DNA of 64,000 bases from positions 1 to 64,000 of the IMG/VR virus record IMGVR_UViG_3300017909_001085, one strand, 5' to 3'. Made by a program: the position numbers and the translations under genes. Of this stretch, positions 46,701 to 54,250 are shown piece after piece. The stretch's first letter is position 1, and each line of letters begins with the position of its first letter. Source of the DNA: a virus. Its lineage: Duplodnaviria; Caudoviricetes. Below the pieces are notes generated by a model. The model was not told the DNA's origin and did not search any database. It saw only the letters and a list, made by a program, of their open reading frames with translations.

Positions 46701-47249
46701 CTACTCCATAAATTCGTCTAACGCACCTCTGCGTTCTTTCTTTTCTTTCTGTATTTCTTTTATTTCTTCAACTTGCTTATCATCATACATGTTATCTTGT
46801 AGAAACTCTAGATACTGATTTGTATACTGACCATCATCATGGTCGTCAGTAAACAGACTTTCATCAACAACCATATTCTGAATAATCTTTTGCTTCAGTT
46901 CTGTTTGTTTCTTTTCTTTTTGTATTCTTCGTAGAAATGCATAGTAAATAATCTGTGTAAAATAAGCGAACGGATTCTTCGATTTCTCAGGATTAAAATT
47001 GTGTAAATACATTAAACAATTTTCGATACCATCAGATATCATATCATGTTTATATGTATAATTAATAAAGTTTGGTCGATATGATAAATGCTGTGCAATC
47101 TTCAAAAAACATTCGCCAATATATCTAGTTACTGGTGGTGTTTCTTTACCTGCTGATTTTGCCTCATCAACTTTTGCTCTATATTCGATTAGTGCTTCTA
47201 AGAACTCTTTGTTGTTGACATAGTGTTCTCGCTTCTTCTTTTCTGCCAT
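46701..47249 (-). CDS. gp55: Late-transcription sigma factor (T4 gp55-like)
   Basis: HYVNNKEF, RPNFINY, MISDGIENC, NPFAYFTQI, C-terminal LDEF clamp-binding motif. Confidence 0.95.
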   Translation of the reverse strand: MAEKKKREHYVNNKEFLEALIEYRAKVDEAKSAGKETPPVTRYIGECFLKIAQHLSYRPNFINYTYKHDMISDGIENCLMYLHNFNPEKSKNPFAYFTQIIYYAFLRRIQKEKKQTELKQKIIQNMVVDESLFTDDHDDGQYTNQYLEFLQDNMYDDKQVEEIKEIQKEKKERRGALDEFME

Positions 47250-47268
47250 AATATCTCCATAATAACTA

Positions 47269-47297
47269 TTGACAACACCTACTTAGGTGCATATAAT
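47269..47297 (+). promoter_or_regulatory. Consensus sigma70 promoter in antisense orientation
   Basis: TTGACA-N17-TATAAT exact, with CACCTA-CT-TAGGTG palindrome in spacer. Confidence 0.75.
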
Positions 47298-47322
47298 AGG
47301 GGTGTTCCCCTTTCAGAATAAC

Positions 47323-47796
47323 TTAATGTTTTGTTATCTTGTGCTTGTTGTACATATATTCCTCAACTTGACTTGTTTCATCTAGACTATCATCTAGACC
47401 TAACCTCTCGTTAAGGTCATCAACAACGTCTTTCAACTTTCTCAATCTTCTTGCTTTCATTTCATAATCATCTTCAGGTTCATCCATTCTTTCAACAGGT
47501 GTTGATTTCAATCTTTCTATGATAGTATGATAGTAATTTATAACATCATCTCTAGGCATTGTCACGGTAATAATGTTACTCTTTGCAACATGAAATATTT
47601 GATTTTCTGAGAATGATTCCCAAGGTCCGAATGTTGCATTTTCAAATGCACCCTCACCATTATCTGATGGTGACATCCACTTATGAATTCTCACAGGTTC
47701 TATAATTGTAGCATAGTTCTTTTCTTCATCTACTCGTAATTTACATACGAGACTTTCACCATTTGTTAATTTTATGAGTTTAATTGGTGTTGTCAT
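47323..47796 (-). CDS. Conserved Sm-like hypothetical protein upstream of gp55
   Basis: IKLTNGESLV...PW...; usual neighbour of uvsW/gp55. Confidence 0.65.
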   Translation of the reverse strand: MTTPIKLIKLTNGESLVCKLRVDEEKNYATIIEPVRIHKWMSPSDNGEGAFENATFGPWESFSENQIFHVAKSNIITVTMPRDDVINYYHTIIERLKSTPVERMDEPEDDYEMKARRLRKLKDVVDDLNERLGLDDSLDETSQVEEYMYNKHKITKH

Positions 47797-49244
47797 ATCT
47801 TTACCTGTATAGTTTTATATTTGAACTTCTCTTCATTATATATCTTTATTCTTTCAACGGCATGTTCTAATGTGTAGTTTCTGTGATGTTTCCAACTCAA
47901 GTCATCTGATATATCAAATAAAGTTGCTTCATTTTTATTTTCACCTAACCTAAGACCACGTCCAATAGACTGTAGATTTCTGATTTTTGACTTACTAGGG
48001 GAAGCAAAAATGATATTATGCAAATTACGAATATTAATACCAGTAGAAAAAGTCCCGTAACTTGCAACGATAATAGCATCAGTTTCTTTCTCGGTAATAG
48101 CACGAATTTCTTCTCTATCATTTGCTGAGACACCTCCGTATACAAAGAATACTTTTCTATCAAGAGATTTGTCTTTGATGAGGTCATACAACACTTTACC
48201 ATGCTTCTCTACATACTGAAATAACAATAGAGAGTTACCTGATTGGTCTAATGCTAAGTTCTTAATAAAATTATTTCTTGGTGCGTATGATACTAAAAAG
48301 TCCATTTCTTCTTGATATGAAAACTTCTTACAATCTTTCTTCACTTCTTCTGAATAATTCAACATTAAGCACTTAATATTTAGTTTAGCAAGTTGACCAT
48401 CTTTCATCAATTGCTTCGATGTCGTAAATCTACGAACAGGTCCAAACAAACCCTCTAGCATCAACTTATGAGTTTTTGTACCGTCAAGAGTACCAGTTGT
48501 ACCGAAACGCATGACAGCATTCTCTGTTTTCTCCATAAGTGTTTTTAGACTTGTTGCTTTGAATAGATGTGCTTCATCACCAATTACCATTTTATACTCT
48601 GCGAACCACTTCTTTGGCAATTTATATACTGATTGCCATGTAGTGATTACAATTCTTTTGTCGGTTTCTTTGTCATGACCAGAATAAATTCTATGACAGT
48701 TTGCTTCTACGTCATACCCATAATCTGCAAAGTCTTTGTACATCTGTTCTACAAGAGATGTTGTAGGCACAATAATCAATACACGACCTGATGTACCTAA
48801 CTGTGTAAGACCATAGATGATGAGTGATTTACCAGAACCAGTAGGAGAAAGCATAGTCAATCTTTTATCATTGATACCATCACGAATAGCATCTACTTGA
48901 TAGTTTCTGGGATTGAAAGGTAGTTTCAAATCAACTAATGCTTTTACTACATCTTCTGTTGAAATGTTCTGCTTCGGTATGACACTATCTTGACCTACAA
49001 GATGATATTCTCTCTGCTTACAGAACTCTTCTAAGTGTGTCATCAACCCGATATAGAGTTGACTTGTCCACATATTGAACAAGCGTATCTTACCATCCCA
49101 CTGTCTAGTTCTAAAAGATGGCATGAACTCTGCGCCAGGAACTTTGAATGTAAAGTAGTCTGACAACTCGTATTTAATACCAGCGTCATCACAATCTACA
49201 GTCATGAACACTTCGTTAATTTTTGTGACGATTATTGTATTCAT
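47793..49244 (-). CDS. uvsW: SF2 helicase UvsW
   Basis: PTGSGKS, VPTTSLVEQ, DEAH, TGT, QSIGRGLR. Confidence 0.95.
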   Translation of the reverse strand: MNTIIVTKINEVFMTVDCDDAGIKYELSDYFTFKVPGAEFMPSFRTRQWDGKIRLFNMWTSQLYIGLMTHLEEFCKQREYHLVGQDSVIPKQNISTEDVVKALVDLKLPFNPRNYQVDAIRDGINDKRLTMLSPTGSGKSLIIYGLTQLGTSGRVLIIVPTTSLVEQMYKDFADYGYDVEANCHRIYSGHDKETDKRIVITTWQSVYKLPKKWFAEYKMVIGDEAHLFKATSLKTLMEKTENAVMRFGTTGTLDGTKTHKLMLEGLFGPVRRFTTSKQLMKDGQLAKLNIKCLMLNYSEEVKKDCKKFSYQEEMDFLVSYAPRNNFIKNLALDQSGNSLLLFQYVEKHGKVLYDLIKDKSLDRKVFFVYGGVSANDREEIRAITEKETDAIIVASYGTFSTGINIRNLHNIIFASPSKSKIRNLQSIGRGLRLGENKNEATLFDISDDLSWKHHRNYTLEHAVERIKIYNEEKFKYKTIQVKI

Positions 49245-49374
49245 CTGTTATATCAACAAAACTTTGATATGTAGCACCACAATTGATACATACATAATCT
49301 TCAGTCAAAGGTCCTTCTTCACTCTCAAAATAATATTCGCCACATACTGAGCATTGATAAATTCTAGGTATCAT
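49216..49374 (-). CDS. Rubredoxin-like small metal-binding protein (52 aa)
   Basis: Manual translation MIPRIYQCSVCGEYYFESEEGPLTEDYVCINCGATYQSFVDITDEYNNRHKN; TAATG coupling to uvsY. Confidence 0.65.
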   Translation of the reverse strand: MIPRIYQCSVCGEYYFESEEGPLTEDYVCINCGATYQSFVDITDEYNNRHKN

Positions 49375-49817
49375 TACATTACTCCGTTTGTAAACTTATG
49401 CCATTCAATAGCATGTTTGATGTCAAACCCTCTACTACTAATGCTACGCAATATTCTTTCTAGCGTATCTACTATAGTCTCCCAATATGCAATTCTATCT
49501 TTCTTCTTAATTAAATCAAAGTCGCCATCTAGTTGCTCATCCATTTCATTCTTGAGAGGTTTCGCACCTAGATATTGTTCCCATCCTAAATCATCTAATT
49601 CTTTTTGAGACAACTCACCACGATAATATCTCCACTTATATCTACGCAATTTGTAATAGTCGCTACGCTCTTTTTGTAGATTGAGTTTAGATGTGGATAA
49701 GATTGTCAGATACTTTGCATGAAGATTTGGCACATTCAATGCTTCTTTGTCGAGATTGATATCATCAATCTTAGCATCTTCTTGCCACATTGTTTGTATC
49801 TTATCTAAATCTACCAT
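49374..49817 (-). CDS. uvsY: Recombination mediator UvsY
   Basis: W.EDAKID, PNLHAKY, YYRG, RGFDIKHAIEW.KF; ATG at 49817 behind GGAG. Confidence 0.9.
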   Translation of the reverse strand: MVDLDKIQTMWQEDAKIDDINLDKEALNVPNLHAKYLTILSTSKLNLQKERSDYYKLRRYKWRYYRGELSQKELDDLGWEQYLGAKPLKNEMDEQLDGDFDLIKKKDRIAYWETIVDTLERILRSISSRGFDIKHAIEWHKFTNGVM

Positions 49818-49840
49818 TATTGCTCCATTCAAATGTACAT

Positions 49841-49869
49841 AATATAACACTAACTACATCAAATGTCAA
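49841..49869 (-). promoter_or_regulatory. Sigma70-type promoter for uvsY-uvsW
   Basis: TTGACA-N17-TATATT. Confidence 0.7.
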
Positions 49870-49870
49870 G

Positions 49871-50452
49871 TTAAATTTTGACTATTTCGTAGTGAGAGTA
49901 GGCAAATGATGCCGATGCGGTAAGATATGGCATTGTAGTATCAGTAATGTCAAACTGAATTGCTTCTAGTGAAGTAGGAAATAAGTCCTTAAATCTTACT
50001 TCTATATTGACTTTGTTGTTACTATCTGTAATACTCATTGTTGCATCTGTCATGGTAGGTGCGATAGGTTTTAGTGTTGCACTTCTTGCTGTTGGAAATT
50101 CTGCTTGTCTATTAATATAAGCATTATAATCGTCTGTGTCAAGGTCTGCAGTGATTTGTACCATCCAATCTTGCAATGCTTTGAAGTTTATCATGTTCTC
50201 ATCAATCAAGAATGTTATTAGCATATCACCAAATACCAGTGTATCACCAGGCAAAGGTGTATCTTTCATTCTGGTCGCCTGCAAAGATGATGACATAGAA
50301 ATGTTAGGTATGTTAGCAGTTTGACATGTGAATGCAACACCTTCTAGTCTTTGCATCGTGAATACGAATTGAGAGGGTGTCAAAAAGTTCAAATTAGATG
50401 CCGCTACACTATCGGTCCAATTTGTAATAGTTACGTTTGTATCATACGCCAT
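49871..50452 (-). CDS. gp3: Tail tube terminator (T4 gp3-like)
   Basis: NFLTP..F, CQTANIP, PGD, FLIDENM.N, FPTSL; synteny after gp23. Confidence 0.85.
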   Translation of the reverse strand: MAYDTNVTITNWTDSVAASNLNFLTPSQFVFTMQRLEGVAFTCQTANIPNISMSSSLQATRMKDTPLPGDTLVFGDMLITFLIDENMINFKALQDWMVQITADLDTDDYNAYINRQAEFPTARSATLKPIAPTMTDATMSITDSNNKVNIEVRFKDLFPTSLEAIQFDITDTTMPYLTASASFAYSHYEIVKI

Positions 50453-50488
50453 AGTAGTTTCCTATCTTTATACTACTATTTATCCAAT

Positions 50489-50515
50489 AAAAAAGGGGAG
50501 CATTTCTGCTCCCCT
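50489..50515 (-). terminator. Rho-independent terminator after gp23
   Basis: AGGGGAGC-AGAAAT-GCTCCCC followed by T6 on minus strand. Confidence 0.85.
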
Positions 50516-50546
50516 CTAAGTTTTCTCTCTCCCTTTAGGGATTATC

Positions 50547-51827
50547 TTACATCAAGTTAGTTACTGTTACCAATCTGTAGTAAGAGTTGCTATCTGCAGA
50601 GATAGAAGTGAATGGGTTTGACACTAGACCATATCTAGTCTTGAATCCAATCTTAGGTTGGAAAGTGTTCTCTCCCACTGCACGAACCATTTGCAGAGGC
50701 ACATATGGACAATAGAACAGACCAGCGTCATATGCGTTAGCGCCTTTGTAACCAACACAATAGAACTGATTGCTGTCACTGTCGTTTGCTGAGTATGGGT
50801 CAACGTACACTTTAATCTTACCGTTGATAGTACCAGCAAATGTGTTACCAGTATCATCTACGTTCAGATTAGTCTGAAGTGCAGGAGCGTAATCAAGTAC
50901 GCCTGCCATAGACAGTGCAGATGCTACATCACTTGAAGTGATGATGAAGTTACCCTTACCTCTACGAGTGTCTTGTGCGATAGTGTTCGCATCTCTTTCG
51001 ATTTGGAACAAGAGACCCTTAAATCTCTCTACGCTCCAACGACCGTTGGAATCAACGTCAAGGTCAAAAGTACCTGCACTTGCTACTGCACCAGACTGTG
51101 CGCCTGCTTTAGCAGAAGTGTATACAGTACGAACTACTTCACGGTTGATTTCAGCAAGAATTTCTGCTGAAAGGATGTTTGCGAGTTCAGTTTCAGCATC
51201 AAGACCATGAACTGCTTTCAAGTCTTGTGCAAGTTCAAGAGTGTATTCTGCTTTCAACGCTCTTGTCTTTGCTGTTACTGAAGTCTTTTCGATGGTGAAT
51301 GCCATCTCGTTGAACTGACCTGAGTTACCCATTGAGACTGCACCATCTCCAAGTGCTTCACCAGTACCGGTTCCAGCACCAGCGCCAGTTGCGTATGGTG
51401 ATTCCACTGGGTTACCGCCAGCATGTGCTGGGTTAACACCAGAGAAGTCTGTGTCTGCTTCGTTGTACAATGCTTCTGTACCACCCTGTGAAGAGTAGTT
51501 AGACTTCATTGCGAAAATCAGACCAGTTGGACCAGTCATTGGTTGCACACCACAGATGTCATATGCAATCAGATTTGGCATTGCTCTACGAACAAGCGAA
51601 ATCAGGATTGGGTCAAATTTTGCGATACCGCCTGTATCAGGCATTGTATCTGAATGGTTAGTCGGGATTGCTTCGTTAAGCATTCCACGCTCTTCACGCA
51701 TTGCTTTTTCTTGGTTCTCAAGAATTACAGTGGTGACTGCCTTCTTATAACTATCGCCGATTTGTGGTAAATCAGGATGGTCGAGGACAGGACCCCACTT
51801 TGATTGAAGGTTTTCTGTTAAAAACAT
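50547..51827 (-). CDS. gp23: Major capsid protein (T4 gp23-like)
   Basis: DPILISLVRR, GVQPMTGPTGLIFA, LAQDLKAVHGLDAE, FQPKIGFKTRYG; predicted maturation site MLNE|A. Confidence 0.98.
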   Translation of the reverse strand: MFLTENLQSKWGPVLDHPDLPQIGDSYKKAVTTVILENQEKAMREERGMLNEAIPTNHSDTMPDTGGIAKFDPILISLVRRAMPNLIAYDICGVQPMTGPTGLIFAMKSNYSSQGGTEALYNEADTDFSGVNPAHAGGNPVESPYATGAGAGTGTGEALGDGAVSMGNSGQFNEMAFTIEKTSVTAKTRALKAEYTLELAQDLKAVHGLDAETELANILSAEILAEINREVVRTVYTSAKAGAQSGAVASAGTFDLDVDSNGRWSVERFKGLLFQIERDANTIAQDTRRGKGNFIITSSDVASALSMAGVLDYAPALQTNLNVDDTGNTFAGTINGKIKVYVDPYSANDSDSNQFYCVGYKGANAYDAGLFYCPYVPLQMVRAVGENTFQPKIGFKTRYGLVSNPFTSISADSNSYYRLVTVTNLM

Positions 51828-51855
51828 TTTGTATCTCCTCGTTTCTTTCAGTTAA

Positions 51856-51863
51856 TATTTATA
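51856..51863 (-). promoter_or_regulatory. T4-type late promoter
   Basis: TATAAATA upstream of gp23. Confidence 0.8.
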
Positions 51864-51870
51864 ATATTAT

Positions 51871-53151
51871 TTATTTGCCTAGTGTTCTGGAGATTGCAGA
51901 AACGTAGTCTTTCATCTCACCGGTTAGATTGACAGTTTCAGTTTGTTCTTCAACAGCAACCTCGTCCTCTTCGATAGGTTTGGCGACCTTTGGAAAGTAA
52001 CTCTCTTTGAGTGTTTCCAATTCTTGAGCGAAAGAATCCTCATCTTTGAATTCTACGCTTTCTACTAGTGACATGAACTTCTCTTTCTGAGTATCGGTCA
52101 AGTCTTTAGCAGATTCCTCAATTTTAATTGCTTTCTTTGCTTCGTTTACCAACTTAGCAGTTTCAGCATTCTTTTCGATTTGCTCATTGAGTTTCTCATT
52201 GAGTTCATCAATCTTTGACTGTTGTTCTGCCATCACATCATACTTGTCTTCTGGAACATCAATGTAATGCTCTTCAAATACTTTCTTCAGTGATACAATA
52301 AAGTCTTCTGTGATTTCAGACTTCAGACCACGCTCAACAGCGAGTTCGTTGTCTTGTGACCACTGCTCAACAACATATGAAAGATATGTGTCAACTTTAT
52401 CAGTCAAATCTTCAGCAATCTTAGAAGTTTCTTCTTCGATTTGTGTTTCGTAATGCTCTTCAAGTTCAACAATCTTTTCAGCAACTTTAGAGTTTACTGC
52501 CGCTTCAAATACAGTCTTTGCTTTTGCTTTGAATTCGTCATCAAACTCACCGCCTTCAGTCAGTGCATTTACATCATCTGACATATCGACTTCTTCATTT
52601 GCTTCTTTCTTTCCATGATAAGATGACTTCATATAACCGTAAGATGCTTTCATGTGCTTCATTTCTTTCATCTTATCGACCATGGCATGGAGTTTTTCTT
52701 TCATCTTCTCCATTTCTTCCATTTCTTTGTCATCATCGTCATCGTCATCGCCGTCATCGTCAGATGCTTCTTTTTCGTCATCTTCTTCTTTAGCGACAGT
52801 TTTCTTTGCTTCAACGATTTCGTCTTCTGATGCTTCTTCTTCAGCGACTACTTCTAAGTCTTCGTCTGTTTCGTCTTCTTCTTTAACTGGTGTAGCACCT
52901 GGTTTGATTTTTTGTTCGCCTTTGTTTGCTTCACCACCTGGTACTGCCGCTTTCTTGACTTTCTTAGTCATTTCAGCAGGACCATTCTTATCGTCTGGTG
53001 ATACAACAGCGGCACCAGCATCTTCAACGCCATCAGCATCGGCATCGATTTTTTTCATTGGTTCAGCGGCAACACCTTTACCACCAGGAGCAGTTGCTTC
53101 TTGCATAGATGCTTCAAGCAATTCTTTGATTTTGTCTTCTACATTTGACAT
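51871..53151 (-). CDS. gp22: Prohead core scaffold protein (T4 gp22-like)
   Basis: KAKTVFEAAV, VDTYLSYVVEQW, FEEHYIDVPEDKYDV, LKESYF; acidic N-terminal half. Confidence 0.92.
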   Translation of the reverse strand: MSNVEDKIKELLEASMQEATAPGGKGVAAEPMKKIDADADGVEDAGAAVVSPDDKNGPAEMTKKVKKAAVPGGEANKGEQKIKPGATPVKEEDETDEDLEVVAEEEASEDEIVEAKKTVAKEEDDEKEASDDDGDDDDDDDKEMEEMEKMKEKLHAMVDKMKEMKHMKASYGYMKSSYHGKKEANEEVDMSDDVNALTEGGEFDDEFKAKAKTVFEAAVNSKVAEKIVELEEHYETQIEEETSKIAEDLTDKVDTYLSYVVEQWSQDNELAVERGLKSEITEDFIVSLKKVFEEHYIDVPEDKYDVMAEQQSKIDELNEKLNEQIEKNAETAKLVNEAKKAIKIEESAKDLTDTQKEKFMSLVESVEFKDEDSFAQELETLKESYFPKVAKPIEEDEVAVEEQTETVNLTGEMKDYVSAISRTLGK

Positions 53152-53178
53152 TTGGACACTCCTTATTTGTTTGTCTAA

Positions 53179-53186
53179 TATTTATA
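53179..53186 (-). promoter_or_regulatory. T4-type late promoter
   Basis: TATAAATA upstream of gp22. Confidence 0.8.
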
Positions 53187-53190
53187 TGTT

Positions 53191-53838
53191 TTATAGTTTT
53201 GACAAGAAATCGTTAAATGCGTTTAACTTTGCTTCTTGTAAAGAATTAAGTTTTGCTTTAGCAATATCTTGCTTATATCTTTCGATATTCACTTCTTTGA
53301 TGATGCCATTATCCCACACCCACTCTGCACCTTCCATGATGCCGTTTACAAAAGCATCTGGAGCAGACGGGTCTGCAACAATGTCGGCGGCGGTTGCAAG
53401 ATAGAAATCACCTTGCACTTCTTGGGCACCGTTACGTCCCTGTTTCAGAGACCCCATACCTCTAGAAGATACCCCCAATGTAGCGCCTTCATCCATCAAA
53501 TTCTTAACAATCTTACCATATGGAGTATCCATAATCTTTGCTTTGCCCATGACATTAGAACCATCCATTTTAAGTTCTGTAATCATGTGCGATACTCTTT
53601 CAAGATTGATTGTCGGACCATCAGGATGACCCAACTCACCAAACGCACGTTTGCGGTCGATATTATCTTTTGTATATCTCTTGACTTCTTTTTGCATAAC
53701 GTCAGATGGATATACTCGACCGTTTCTATTCTTGAGGTCGGACTGCATGAATACGCCCTCAATGAAATAATTTGACTTGCCATTCTTCTCTTCTACGAGA
53801 AAGTTAGCATCTTGAATTTCTTCTCTAATAAGTTTCAT
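53191..53838 (-). CDS. gp21: Prohead protease (T4 gp21-like)
   Basis: NRNGRVY, GELGHP, GVSSRGMGS, DIVADPSAPDA. Confidence 0.96.
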   Translation of the reverse strand: MKLIREEIQDANFLVEEKNGKSNYFIEGVFMQSDLKNRNGRVYPSDVMQKEVKRYTKDNIDRKRAFGELGHPDGPTINLERVSHMITELKMDGSNVMGKAKIMDTPYGKIVKNLMDEGATLGVSSRGMGSLKQGRNGAQEVQGDFYLATAADIVADPSAPDAFVNGIMEGAEWVWDNGIIKEVNIERYKQDIAKAKLNSLQEAKLNAFNDFLSKL

Positions 53839-53840
53839 GA

Positions 53841-54197
53841 TTAGATACCTGCATAACCTGTTAGTTTTTTAAGTACTAGAACTGCAGTTCCGCCTGTTGT
53901 AATAGTTACTTTGATATCTTCGTCACTATCTGTGACCTCTAGTGCAGGTAGAATCCAATGACCAGAGGTTTCAACCGCCCCACTATCAAATTTGACTGTA
54001 CCAGTTGTAGCACTTTCAATTACTACATCTCCTGACCAGTAGATTTCTTTGATACCTACAGTAGGTGATGAAGCAGTTTGACCGGACACCCGAAAATTTG
54101 CACCATCAATATCAATTGTGGTATTTCCAGCACCGCCAGTCACACTGACTACGTTTGTCGTTTTGGTGACTTTTAGAAATTGTTGACCTATTGCCAT
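53841..54197 (-). CDS. Small beta-rich probable virion protein
   Basis: Late promoter upstream; paralogous to 63215-63586. Confidence 0.55.
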   Translation of the reverse strand: MAIGQQFLKVTKTTNVVSVTGGAGNTTIDIDGANFRVSGQTASSPTVGIKEIYWSGDVVIESATTGTVKFDSGAVETSGHWILPALEVTDSDEDIKVTITTGGTAVLVLKKLTGYAGI

Positions 54198-54222
54198 TGC
54201 TTATACCCTTTTTATTTACTAA

Positions 54223-54230
54223 TATTTATA
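54223..54230 (-). promoter_or_regulatory. T4-type late promoter
   Basis: TATAAATA. Confidence 0.8.
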
Positions 54231-54250
54231 AAAGTTTTACTTTTGTCTAC

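Noticed and set aside
52652-53404. 250-aa plus-strand ORF, and other long plus-strand ORFs (e.g. 55194-55835, 38906-39454, 23965-24474)
   Set aside because: Antisense shadows of well-supported minus-strand genes; Ser/Phe-rich composition is the mirror of Glu/Lys codons
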